A stretch of DNA of 64,000 nt from NCBI GenBank assembly GCA_030704615.1, contig CM060733.1, positions 60,760,001 to 60,824,000 on the forward strand. Reading direction: 5' to 3'. The notes under the pieces were generated by a model. The model was given only the letters and a program-made list of their open reading frames with translations, was not told the DNA's origin and did not search any database. This document shows, in pieces, positions 39,801-51,457 of the stretch (within the stretch, counting starts at the first letter, position 1; each line of letters opens with the position of its first letter). The stretch is from Takakia lepidozioides (Eukaryota; Plantae; Bryophyta). The position numbers were made by a program, and so were the translations under genes.

Positions 39801-40370
39801 GAGACCGACCATCAGAGTTTGAAGTACTTGACCACGCAGCCTCATTTGAGCCAGACACAAATTCGGTGGTCAGAACTGCTTCAACAGTTTCATTATGACC
39901 CGAAGTATGTCAAGGGAAGAGAGAACGTGATTGCGGATGCACTTTCTAGGAGACCATTACAAGATGATGTTGTCTCATGCATCAGTAGCACTATATTCCA
40001 GGACATTAAAGGTCGGTATGAAATTGATGGATTCTTCAAAGAACCATTTAAGAGTTTGTCTCGTGACCAGAGGACTTCCATTGAGAAGGAGAAATATCGG
40101 CCGTACCTCTTGAGAGATGAAGTGTTATTCTATAATGGTCGGCTGTGTGTTCCCATGATCCCAAACCTGAGATTGCGGATTATTCATGATAGTCATAATG
40201 TTCCAATCTCCGGACACCCGGGCTTTCAGAGAACCTATTGGTCAATACGGAAGCACTATTTTTGGCCGGGAATGAAGAGAGAAATCAAAGAGTATGTGCA
40301 GAAATGTTTCCCCTGTCAGGTTTCAAAGTCAAAAATAGTCAGACCTCCTAGATTATTACAACATTTATCC
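36814..40370 (+). mobile_element. Degenerate, 3'-truncated Ty3/Gypsy (chromovirus-like) internal region: PBS, gag, protease, RT, RNase H, integrase zinc finger
   Basis: PBS TGGTATCAGA at 36814. Gag QLRDAAKLWW and CCHC knuckle CFICHEWGHGAREC. Protease VLIDTGSTHN. RT SKLDLRSGYHQIR, MPFGLTNAP, VYMDDILIYS. RNase H TDASDLAIGAVL. Integrase HHCC (GHPG...CFPCQ). It ends abruptly before the integrase core. A 5' LTR probably lies in about 35.9-36.8 kb, but its start was not defined. Confidence 0.92.
38384..38795. repeat. Inserted fragment of a roughly 120-bp tandem array interrupting RT
   Basis: Splits ELERQLNDLLEK from KSPWGAPVMF. Units start at about 38510, 38631 and 38751 (caggtccc..aatatcagatc..attcaa.gg..aacggatggttg). 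Confidence 0.75.
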
Positions 40371-40602
40371 ATTCTTGGATACGATGGCTGAAGTGGCAGG
40401 TAAGCTTGTGGCAACTGAAGGAGAGTCTGTTGCAGGGTGGAATTCAATTGCAGAGCCCATTAGCCGCGTCTCTATTAGGATTTGTGGAATTCTGTATAAT
40501 GAAGGTTGGAACAAACTTCTTGTTAGTGGAAGAGCAGCTACAATGATTTTTGATTCATTCACATGGGCATTATGCATATTTATATATGGAACTTCAGATT
40601 AC

Positions 40603-42087
40603 CATATGTAATAAAGCTAATCCATTTGTTGAGTCTGCACCTGTCCTAAAAGCTCCACCTGAAGAACACCACCAATGCATAAAACAGGCCGTGGCAGCTT
40701 GAAGCTTTGCATGGAGTCCACCTGCCGAAATCCACCACTCACCCACTCAATTGAGGGCAACAGGGCCAACCACATACAAGTGTAATCTGATAATTAATCT
40801 TAATTCTCCAAAGTTGCTACACATCACGTGGGAGGCCCACCTCTGTGCAGTAAAAAGTGGGAACAAATCAACAAACAACTAATCATAGATCTTGCAAAGC
40901 CTGTCAAAACAAAATCCGCTCTGGCACAAAATTAAGTATGGAAAAGATATGCATCCCTCCCTGAGTGCATGACATATTCTATAAGGGGAGGATAACCAAT
41001 CCACATACCTGCTCCATGGGTAACTTCAGCGACTCATACATCCAGACATAACCCTTCACAAGGAGCCCCTCGGATGCTCCATCATGACTTCGTTGTCACT
41101 GTCACATTCAATCCACATGACACAACTTCAGTAGATTGATATGATAGGATATTCCTGTAGAGTTATAAACATCATGGTGAATGCCTGTATGGGTTCGGAA
41201 GTGCTCTTTTCAATAAGTCCATACCCTTGTTTTTCAAGGCTAGTAATCCGATGGTGCATTTCCACCCCAACCTCTCGCATGGAAGAGCAGTCAATAGTAG
41301 TGCATGCCCTGACATGTGAAAGAGGGGGCACCTGGCTATAATGGTTCCAGAGAGAAATTTGTTATGTATGAGTATAATGTGAGTCACTAATAGAGTACAT
41401 TTAAGCTCTCTCTACTGTCAACATATGCTGAGATTGGAGACATATAATTATCCGGATTCCAAACCCAATTCTGTCTACCACATCTTGCTAGGTTACTCAC
41501 AGCATTAACCGATTTTCAAAATGAAACACGCAGAAAAATTCTGGTACAAGAAGAGGGTATGGCTGAGCACAGGAAGGAAAAAGAAGATACCTTGAAAAGG
41601 TCTGATCTGAACCTCATAAACCACACCGAGAGGAGAGACCAAGTTGTATGTCGGAGTCTCTCCGGGGCATCAGTATCCCGCTCACCAGTGCTTGACCAGT
41701 AGGAGGGGGTTTCTTCGTTAGAGGATCCAGGCCTGGGATATAAAGGCTTAAATATACTCTCCATTGGATAACTGGACCAGTGCTTGAAGCATTCACCGCC
41801 TCCCTAATCCCATTCCTTTCAAGATAAGGCTCGATTTTGATGTCACAGAAAAGGGAGCGATACATACGCTCCTCCTTCGCCTTTTGCCTAAAAGACGAAC
41901 CACTTGACCCGGCTGCTTCACAATCCTTTGCAACGTCTGTCTCTCTACCACTGCCTCAAACCTCTCTACCTCAGGAAACTCCTTGTAACATAAGCTCTTC
42001 CAAAGTTTCCCTTCCAACATTGCTCCATCCAGTAATTCAATCCCATACAATCAATTGCAACAGGCCATTATTGCCTTGGCCACAGGT
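40603..42087 (-). pseudogene. F-box protein At4g00755-like pseudogene (recognisable exons about 42087-41591, ending 41009, and 40721-40603)
   Basis: LWKSLCYKEFPEV...AVNASST...ESI...TPSYWSSTGERDTDAPERL; YVWMYESLKLPMEQ|; SFKLPRPVLCIGG(fs)LQVELLGQVQTQQMD*LYYI. It has multiple frameshifts and an in-frame stop. Confidence 0.8.
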
Positions 42088-42633
42088 CTAGTGGAAAGTG
42101 AAAAAACAAGAACCATATGCAGTAGTTGTTGTAGACATCGTGCCTTAAGGAAGGTGAAACTAGCAAACCACCTCTACTGCACTCGTAGGACATTGGTACT
42201 ATAGAAGCCACAGGGTAACTTGTCAGACAGTAGAGATTTGTCAATGAAACTTGATGATTGAAGTCACATTTTAATTTCTAGACCAGATCTGTGTTTCCAA
42301 AATAGAGTGAACCCGACATTGAAGAATCTTGCAAAGTTGCACATGTTGAATGGCATGATAAGCGACTCCGTGTATGCACATGAAGAATGTACAAGAGCAA
42401 AGACATAAATAAGCTCAAGAGAGGACTGAGGATTGAAGGTACCTCAGGTATACGGCGGAATTCAAGCGTCAACAGTAACCCAACATTTACAAACAAGGCT
42501 AGAATGAGATATTTCAAACTATCGGAATGTGCATGCAAGGCAAAGAGAGTTACAGAGAGATCGTGCTTACCATCAGACTAGAAAAACCGATGTCCTCAAA
42601 GGGAACGAAAGAATATATATATATATATATATA

Positions 42634-43604
42634 TGACGCCTCCCGAAGGGAGCGTAACTTATGGTGTCACTTGACCCCGAAGGCCTACTGCTTTCCAGCA
42701 TCATGACACACCAGACGGTGGTTTGAACCCACAACCACATCCAACGTGGTATGTGCCCATTATCACTGGGCTACATGCTGGTTGTCGGGAAAGAAAGAAA
42801 ACACAAGTGAGACTGGAGGTTCGATAGTCCCCACCCACATACTAAATTCCGACTGTCAGATAAACCAGTCTGAGTTATAGCCCGGGCCTGAATACCACCT
42901 GGTTACGCTTATAGGGCTTTTAGTATTTTTCTCGGAAACGCTAATTGAGGTTATGGGCTTTTCCCCTTCTTTCCGAAAAAATAAGGATCTGGGAGTGACC
43001 GCTAACAATCCATGATGCATGCCCTGATAATGAGGTCTTGGGGGAGGAGGTACGAGGGAAATAGCAGATGGCGGGTCCCACAGGCCGGGCTGCACATACA
43101 ATATGTGCACCCGCTCAGGACTAAAGAATCCCCCCCCCCCCTTTTGTCTATGAGCCTGCCATGGAGGGCAATCTAGAGGCACAATGCCCAAGAGTAATGG
43201 TGTTGGGGTGGAATTACCCAGCAGCGTTTGCCCCTCGAGGTACTCCATGAATTCAGTAAACCATTGGATTTGCATAATGATGTATTGTAGCAAAACACAT
43301 GCAGGTAGACTGGGCCCCATCAACCCAATTAGCAGATTCTCCCAAACAACTCCAATTCGCATAATCGGGTGCACCGACTAGAGGTAACTTGAAAGTTTTT
43401 CCCTCTCGGTGCCTGTAGATGAAGCCCTGTAAAGCTTGCTCTCTGTACCTGTAGAGCTTTGGATTTCTCACAAATCCAAGTGTAAGTCTCTCTCTTTGCA
43501 AGTCTTTGTTCTTTCTTTAATATCTTTCATAGAGCCCAGCCCTGAAAGGGGCAGTAGCCGCAATGGGAAGAGGCTCTTATTTACGCTAGCTTTGGTTGGC
43601 GTCA
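42634..43604. mobile_element. 971-bp MITE-like element inserted in a (TA)n microsatellite
   Basis: (TA)n|TGACGCCTCCCGAAGGGAGCGTAA ... TTACGCTAGCTTTGGTTGGCGTCA|(TA)n. The 24-bp imperfect TIRs match at 19 of 24 positions. Confidence 0.8.
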
Positions 43605-44077
43605 TATATATATATATATATATATATAGGTATCTTTCTTTTTTCTTTCCTCTCTCTCCTGGTCGATTTTAATTTGCTTTCCTCCTCACTCTCCCCTTCA
43701 CCCTTTTTGCCTCCTGCAATATCCTTCGTCTTTTCCTGAAAAAAGACTGGAAATGACTAAACCAGAAACAAACATTGTCTCTTCATTTCAGCCTTCAAAA
43801 AGCAGGAACCCGGCCTCCTTCATCTTGCACTATATACAATCTCTTCAGCTAGAATTTCCTCACTTTGTAACTTATACATTGTCCTCCAGAACAAACCTAA
43901 GCTATGTACTCGGTTCTTGACCAAAATGCAGCTGCGCCCTAAATGAATAATACAAAACATAAATTCTCTATATCTGTCTATTGTTGTAGTAGGGAATGGG
44001 ATTCAGAGTGTCTTTTACAGTGTCTTTACCCTTGTAAACCATTGTCTTTTCCAGTGCTGTCTTTTCATTCAGTGCAC

Positions 44078-44235
44078 AAGCCCAGTGGTTGGGTATTTGT
44101 GCCTTGCCTCTGCATAACCTGGGTGATCCTGGGTGCAATCCTTCAACATTTGCCTTCAACCGTCCATTGGCCCCTCGATGGGCTGTGTGTTGAGCAGTAG
44201 CTCTATAAACTCACTCGACAAATTACTTTACTTTT
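44078..44235 (+). mobile_element. tRNA-derived SINE, copy 2 (mutated B-box)
   Basis: Aligns along its length with 34098-34245. It is bracketed by a direct repeat cagtgtctttacccttgtaaa (about 44018 and 44236). Confidence 0.78.
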
Positions 44236-44653
44236 CAGTGTCTTTACCCTTGTAAAACTCACATTCACTTGCATAAAAGATTGGGGTGGATTTGAATTTA
44301 GTGGTCCAGATCGATCGGAATATGTGGTGTAGAATTTCGAGAGAATTTTCCAGTGACACATTCCGAATTCAGAATGTGTCATTGGAAATTACTGACATAT
44401 TGTTGGAAAGAAGCCAGTCTCTAGTTGCTAAACTTAAGGAATAATCCAACTCTATCTTTTATGGATAAACAATTATTCTACATAAGAATATTGCAACTAG
44501 ACACGGCCTTGCTTTACAAAGTGAGAGTGTGGTTTCGTAGGAAGTTTTGGTACATATATGCTCATTTTCTGGCACAAACTACAAAGTTGTCATCTTGTTG
44601 CTTAATGTATGTTAAGTACCCTAAAAGAAAAGGATCGGGGCAATGGTCTGCAG

Positions 44654-44727
44654 TTGTATGGAAGCAGGGGCTGATGGGTGGTGCATCCACTACGACAAAC
44701 CAACTTGCTCCTGCTCCATTTATGAGG
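44654..44727 (+). pseudogene. Orphan exon of a YkgJ/CxxCxxCC zinc/iron-chelating domain protein
   Basis: ctgcag|LYGS(fs)GADGWCIHYDKPTCSCSIYE|gtagg resembles G.DGWC..YD...R.CSIY..RP of this family, with splice sites on both sides. Confidence 0.65.
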
Positions 44728-45250
44728 GTAGGCCTACAGTAATCACTGTCGTTGTTTTCCTCCAGCCTAGTTTTCATTATGTTTGCATTTGCTTGAGAGA
44801 GTTAACTGTTCCGTCCCTGCATCTGTGTCATGCACCTCACTTCGGTAAGCTCCCCTTCAAGTCATAGTTACTCGCTTTGATGCGCGCGCCTAACTCCCAA
44901 CCTGACCGCCGGGCCAACTCGGAGCTTCACCTGCTCACCGGGATAACGGTCCCCCTTTCTTCCCCTTACAGACCCTCCACCAATTTGGGCCTAGTGGAAA
45001 TTCCCTTTGGTAGGTGGCAGTCTGGAATAGCTCCCCACTCCTTGGTCGCTTTCCGGCTCGCTCGCTTACTCACTAGTTTTTGGTCACCAATGGGCTTGCA
45101 CCGTTCTCGGGGTTACTGCTCCCTATATATACGTCTGTGACTGTCCGCGGGGGGTTCACAAACAACCATGCCATTTTATGGCGAACCACCACGAAGACCC
45201 TCGATTCCCAGTGATGAGTCGCGGTGAGTCTTGGCCCACCCACCACGGCC

Positions 45251-46553
45251 CACTACAAGAGATGAGCGTTTTTAGGACTACGGCTTTGGCGGAGTCATAA
45301 AAACTGCACTAGGTATACGACTACAGACCGCTGAAATGCGTTGCAATCATAGTTTTATCACTCTGTAGTAATGGATATCACTACATGACTCTGGAAAGTT
45401 AGGGAGCATTGGTCAAACATTGTTGACCACGGTGACAGGGATGGTTTATATGACTAGTGTGATATGTTTGACTACACGTGGACAACGTTTCATGGAATCT
45501 TATGACTCCATGACTGAAGATGGTTTCACAGCTCTAATTATATGACTACATCACTACACGTGTCATTTTGAAGCCACATACACGAATGTATTCATCCATT
45601 GGATGAGTTCATCCACAACATGACATGGCATATAAACTTATGACTGCCTAAGTGCAGGTTGTTTCATAACCCTATATATATGACTACATCACTACACGTG
45701 TCATTTTAAAGGCATTTACATGATTCTATTACTACACATGTCATTTTGAAGGCATATACATGAATGGATCCATCCATTGGATGAGCTCATCCATCCATGT
45801 TTACCACAAATTCCTATCAGCTTTGAATATGTGTGGGGATTTGATATCTGTTCAATAAATTGGACCTGGATGGACGTGGCTTAACAAGCATTGCAAGATA
45901 TATGAGATTAAGATACGCAATGGTCATGGTTGTACATGGAAATTATTTTGAATCGATAGATTGTATAAGATCTAACTGTCTAGATTGTTTAAGATCTAAC
46001 GGTTTAAGATTAGGTATATCGAACTTCATGAGCAAATTCGCTTAAGTCCGGGCTGAGAGTTTTGGTAGATAGAAGGGGATGATGATGGTAGTAGGATTTT
46101 AGCCTATGACCACTAGAATTAATCAAAGTGCAAAAAGTTAATTTTTTTTTCAAAAAGTTGCTTATAGGGTTTGCAAAAGGTTTAAAAAAAATAAAAAGTT
46201 GCTTACAGAGTTCCCTGAACAAAGGCCTGGGACTTGGGTTTTTTTTTTTCTCCTGCGCCTGCGAGAGATGTTGTGTCATGGAATGTGATGATGCTGGAGC
46301 GTGGGATGGAGGCTTTGCAGACCTACCCACTCTTGAGCAAATGAAGGAGAAGAGGAGGAAGAGACGAGACAACTCCGACATCATCCGACATCTCTCGTCA
46401 TCTCGTCGAGGAGGAGAAGCTCCCAATATTCTTGCGAGCTCGCCGTTTTTGGGAGAGAGACGAGACGAGGAGAAGCTCGCCGTTCTTGGGAGAGTCAGCT
46501 TGGTCTTAGCAGGCCGTGTTTCAATCTCTGCCTGCTCATCTGCACCGTGGTGG
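45251..46553 (+). mobile_element. One end of a CACTA (En/Spm) DNA transposon, interrupted at 46553 by Ty3 element A
   Basis: Terminal CACTACAAGA at 45251, followed by subterminal repeats (atgact motifs; tatgactacatcactacacgtgtcatttt repeated). The other end is not in the window. Confidence 0.7.
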
Positions 46554-47114
46554 TGTCGAGTGGCTTTTACTCACCCATCCCTTCGCTATCCGAGGTGGAA
46601 ACTCCAAGATAGAAGAGTTGGATATCTCTAGGCACTCAACCCGGTCAGAACAATCAGTCATGACCTGCAGCTAGTGAATCATGGTTGTGCTTCCTATTTG
46701 TATTCCTTCTTGCCTTCATGTTATCAACTTACCTTACCGTGTATACTGAAGCATAAGATTGCTTCAGTATCTACTAAGTTCAAGTTAATCATGCATTCAT
46801 TCCACAGCTTCAGTCATGTCTCCCTACACAGTGTGATTGTATCGAATAAGTATCAGATTATGATTTATCAGGTATCAGGCCAATGACATGGTGACTCTAA
46901 TCTGCCCTACAGTATCACTACAGCTTTGCATGTAACAAGCATCTACTGTTCATCTTTCCTCCTTCTCCGTGCTCTCGTTCTTGATCTCCTCTCATGCATG
47001 ACCCAAAAGCGCGCCCCCCCCCGTGAAGTGATCCCCTTCTCGTTGCCGCTCTCATAATCTACCCGCAAGCTGTTCTAACCACCTAACTAACTAACCGTCA
47101 CCCCTGAAGTAACA
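46554..47114 (-). repeat. 3' LTR of element A (561 bp, TG...CA)
   Basis: Minus strand reads purine tract GCAGAGGGAATG, then TGTTAC...CTCGACA. Homologous to 55537-56113. Confidence 0.8.
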
Positions 47115-47179
47115 CATTCCCTCTGCAGATGTCGTTCCCTCACAGTCGTTCCCTGTCAATGATAACTGTTCCCCATGTA

Positions 47180-47304
47180 CTGTGACAGACTGTGTCAAGC
47201 TGTGTCGAGCTGTGACTTGCTGTGTAAAGCTGTGTCGGGCTGTGACTGGCTGTGCGAAGCTGTGGCGGGCTGTGTAAAGCTGGGTCGGGCTGTGTCGGGC
47301 TGTG
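47180..47304. repeat. 10-bp-period CTGTG array (13 units); related arrays at about 51808-52012, 56173-56368, 59543-59800 and inverted at 60411-60670
   Basis: c-tgtgacagac tgtgtcaagc tgtgtcgagc tgtgacttgc tgtgtaaagc... CTGTG recurs every 10 nt with variable spacers. Confidence 0.95.
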
Positions 47305-47464
47305 TAACCCCCCTAAAGCCTTCTGTTGCCACCCCTAAGGCTCCTGTTGGTCTCAGTCTGCGCAAAAATTAAGGGTACCCCACAGAACCCGTAAAAGCGT
47401 CTAAGTCCCAAGCAGCCCTCTAACATTTACCCCTCCCCCTCTCAAAAAGCCGTGTCCTCACGGT

Positions 47465-50400
47465 TTACTGTTTGGGATTAGCAAACCTTTGTGAACGAGC
47501 ACCCTTCTGACGGTGAGAGTCTCGTGAAGGACTCCGTGTGCGAGCCCGAGTCCTGTCACTGGCTGATGGAGATGATTGAGCACTACCTGGAAATGTCTGA
47601 CCCTCCTTTGGCTGATAACGAGGCAACCTCTCAGGCATAGGAGATCCCCGTCGTTTCTTCTCTGCCATCTGAAGTGCATAGTCCTCTGCCATGTCAAAAG
47701 AGTCCTCGGAAAAAACAGTAGTATCAGAATCCTCGTCCCCCCTTAGGTGTTTTAACGGTCGAACTTTAAGTGGAATCCTGTGTGGCATACAATGTGGTCC
47801 CACCATGTCTGGAAGTTTAAACTGTATAAGTTGTTGTAAGCGCTTGCAAGCAAAATTAGTGAACACCCTGAACTCCTTATCCGTATAGGTGAGAGGTATG
47901 CCAATGACTTTGGAACAGTGTAAGTATTTCCAGGCTTCATGTCCCTTAAAGAAAATATCCTCAAGGCCGAATTTCTGTGTTGTCAAATTGTTCCAAGCCG
48001 AATGAAACCATGAACGAAGTTGGGAATCCTTTTGCATCATAACTTTTGTATCATATAGGTACATATGAGGTGGCACTGAAGATAAGACCCAATGATCCCC
48101 ATTGGAATAACTCAGAAATTGGGATTGCATCCTCTGCTGCTCAATGTGATAACGTGCCAGAAAACAAGCAGCATAGTATAATCCACAGCCCATGACAATA
48201 CTAGATACCTCCTTGGTCTTGGTATAAATGTACCCATGTACAACCTGGAAGACAATTAATTCCTTCAGCATGGTACCTGCTTCAGACCAGTACCTCACAA
48301 AGTGATGATCCTCAATGGGTCGATTGTTCGGAAGAACCTTAGTCTGAGTTGCCACTGGCAGCCAAATGCGCATGATCTGGTAGTAATGTGCCAACGACTG
48401 CGGAGGACTAAATTCCTTCCAAGCCAAATCCAGCACACTGGGAATTTGGTTGAAGGGCATAATCATAGCCCGACTGTACTCCCGTGCAGCAGGAGTCTTA
48501 GGTGGGTTAAAAGTAACATCCCCCCATACCTCAGGCTGTGGTGTGGCTGTAGTAACAACAGGGTCAGCTACCTGCACAGCCGCCTGCTGTGGTATTGGTA
48601 CCACTGGCCCTTCTACCAGTGGCATCTCCTGCACTCCCTGCGAAGAAGATTGAAAAATTAGAGTCCTGGCATGTAAATAAGTAGCCATCAGCTGCTCCTC
48701 AGGAACAAAGACTCTCTTGTCAATATTTGAACTCAGGTCATCCACTGGAGTCTACAGGCCTTCCACGTCCTCCTGTATCTCTGCTATCCTACTATAGACA
48801 TTGTCTATAATAGTTGTGGCAATGTTATGTACCTGCAATCTGAGCTCATTCATCTTGCCCTGGGTGAGTTTCCGTGGTGCTTTGCCTTCTACCGGCCCTT
48901 GTGCTAACCAGACCTGCATAAGGTGGTTATCCACCAAGTCGTGTGTGGCACCCCTGAGAGTCTGCTCCTCCGTGAGTCTGTACATATCTAACTGCTGCTG
49001 TAAAGCCTCCATGCGCTTCGCATGAGGTTCAACCAACCCGCATAGGCAGCAGCCAGATTATTGGCTTCCTTCCAAGCTTTGTTAGCCACAGAGAGTTCAT
49101 TTCTATTGACCATGACTGTTTGTTGCAACTCCAGATGTAAACTCTCCTGGTCAGCCTCAACCTGACTGTATTGTTTGAAAGTATTCTCATTGCGACAGAT
49201 TGTATTCTTCATATCAACAATGAGTTTCGCTTGCTCTATTATCTCAGCTTGTGCCTTCATACATCTCTCCCCTTGTTTGTTAACTTCTAATGCAGTTTGC
49301 TCAAGAGTAGTTGTGAGTGTAGCACATTGTATGGTCATCTTCTCATGTACTGCTCCACTCTGTATGTAGTACATTCACTTCTTGCAACTTGCCCTCATGC
49401 TTCACCTGCAATTGGTATAATTGTTGCTTATGTGCTTTATGCAACTGGTCCTGCTCGAGGCCTGCTTCAATCAAATGTCCCTTGGCCAACTGCAAAGCCA
49501 GCTTTGTGTCCTCCAACTCTTGCCTGTAACTTGATATTGACCTCCTCATCTACCTTTTTTAGCACACTCAGTGGCAATTCAAGCCTTAAACTCCTCCTGA
49601 GTTCCTCCCTCAAGCTGCCAATTGGGTAGATGGAACATGGATTTCACATAAGTGCCCAACAAATTAAGTGTCATGCTTATGGAACTCATAAGCATGGCCT
49701 GCTGAGGGTCATCATGGTGAACTTGCTACTGTTCTCCCTGATCCTCCATAGTGTGATGCCTCACCAACCATTCAGGCCATTGCCCCACCAGATCCTCTTC
49801 CTGAGCCACCTCATCCTCCACAAGTGCTGCAGTGTACCTATATTCTACCCCTGGTACCTCCGTCACAGGTGTGGGTATTACATGCACAGCAGGGTTTCCC
49901 TGGACAAGCGCCTACACCTCTGGAACCACTGATTCCCTTACCAAGCCAGAGTTTTCATAGAGAATGTCACCCTTCTCAATTTTGGGCCACGACCTGCTCT
50001 GTAGGGATGTCCAACCTTCTCCGTCCAGAGCAATTGGGGTGGTTGTCACAACATGTTCTAACTGTGGAACCTCTAAAACAACTGAGTCAACTGGCTGTGG
50101 TGGCTGTGGTGGCTGTGGTATCGAAGTGCCTTCCTCTTCCCTCTCCGAAGGGCGTGCTTCCAATAATAACAACTCTATGTGCTGCTGTGCCCCATCCTGC
50201 ACAAGAGCTTGGGAAACATCATCTTGAGATTTCCGTGAAGCCAGTGGATCCGCCACTACAGTCATACCCCGCTTCTGTCTCTTAGACTGGTGTTGCCCTG
50301 CCGTCCACCCTCACTATGTGAAGAGCCCTGCTCTTCAATTGCAGTGTTATTGCCTCAAACACTCCCACTCCTTACCTTCCCGAGTATCAAGTATGCAAGA

Positions 50401-51457
50401 GTCAAGAATATTTGGGCAATGACTGGACCAGACACAATGATCGGAGACTTAGCAGCAGTGCCCTGTAACCTTTTCATCTCGTCCACCAGACCAGTGTACA
50501 TTAACTACGCCCAAGCTACATCCTCTCCCCTCAAAAGCTTTCAGGATTTCCTCTGTGAATGACCTGCTCAAATATTGTTGGTTCTGTTTCATGGCAAACA
50601 GAACGTTCAATATTTGGCCAACTTCTCTGAGCCTTGGGTACTCGGCTTTGGTACAAGCGTAACCTTGAGTCTTAAAGAAACTCCCTTCTTGGAAACAAAT
50701 CCCTATCTGCAATCTTGCCCTGTGCTCATCCACATCCACATGACCTTATGGCAAATCAAACAATTGCTGCAGGTACTGGGGAGTAGTACTTTCTATATCT
50801 ACTCCCCTCACCTGGGTAACTCCCGTCCAAGGCTCAAAGTATGAAGAAATTGAATCATATACTGCCGATGATGCAAGGACCAGTCCTTGCGTAGCAGCCC
50901 CTCCAATCGCAACTCCCTTAGCACTCCACTGCCTGCGGTCTGCTTGCAATTGTTTGCTTCTGCAGAATCGTGGTGCTCTTCACCCTGATATTCCTCCATT
51001 CCCTCACTCTCTTCATTCTAGACAAACAAAAGGGCTTTGTTTGAAACAGCTGAGGAAAGCTTGCAGGGCACAGAGCATGAAGGTATGGTTGGCAGAGAAT
51101 GGAAAGGTAAGTGCGTGTAAGCATGTGGGGCTTGCAAGTATCAGTGAGAGAAAATGTACTCTCAATTCGTCCGTCCTTGCGCCACTGCGTGAGAAGTAAA
51201 GCGAGTGTGTAATCCGTTACATCCGCCATAGCTACAAAACTAGTGCTTTGATTGCCCCTTCCATCCAGACACTGGATATTCGGAGCCACCCGACTCTTCC
51301 GCTCATAACACTTCCTATTCTTGTTCTTGTTTCTTGGAGGGAACCACCTGCATGTAATTCGCACTCCTGATTGGTTGTTGCCTGCGTAGTAACTTAGTAT
51401 TCTTATTCCACCCCCCTCGTGGACATTCCACCTGGAATGTCCAGTAGGACAGCACAT
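47465..51457 (-). pseudogene. Accessory coding region of element A, same strand as pol, broken by frameshifts; about 1200-1300 aa if rejoined; last 426 codons open
   Basis: ORF-track pieces from 51457 to 47465 align piece by piece with 59243-56450 of element B. Parts are an N-terminal plant-transposon-protein-like region (VRGVDI...YLQQLFDLP), a K/R NLS-like motif, an acidic linker, a Q/E/L coiled-coil-like part, an aromatic-rich C-terminal domain, and an RS-rich tail. Confidence 0.7.

Noticed and set aside
40375-40600. 78-aa plus-strand ORF right after the truncated integrase
   Set aside because: No family recognised; it lies in the presumed intron of the F-box pseudogene.
44807-45250. Possible solo LTR (TGTTCC...TTCACA) with PBS-like TGGCGAACC
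   Set aside because: No matching TSD, no second copy, and ambiguous orientation. Left uncalled.
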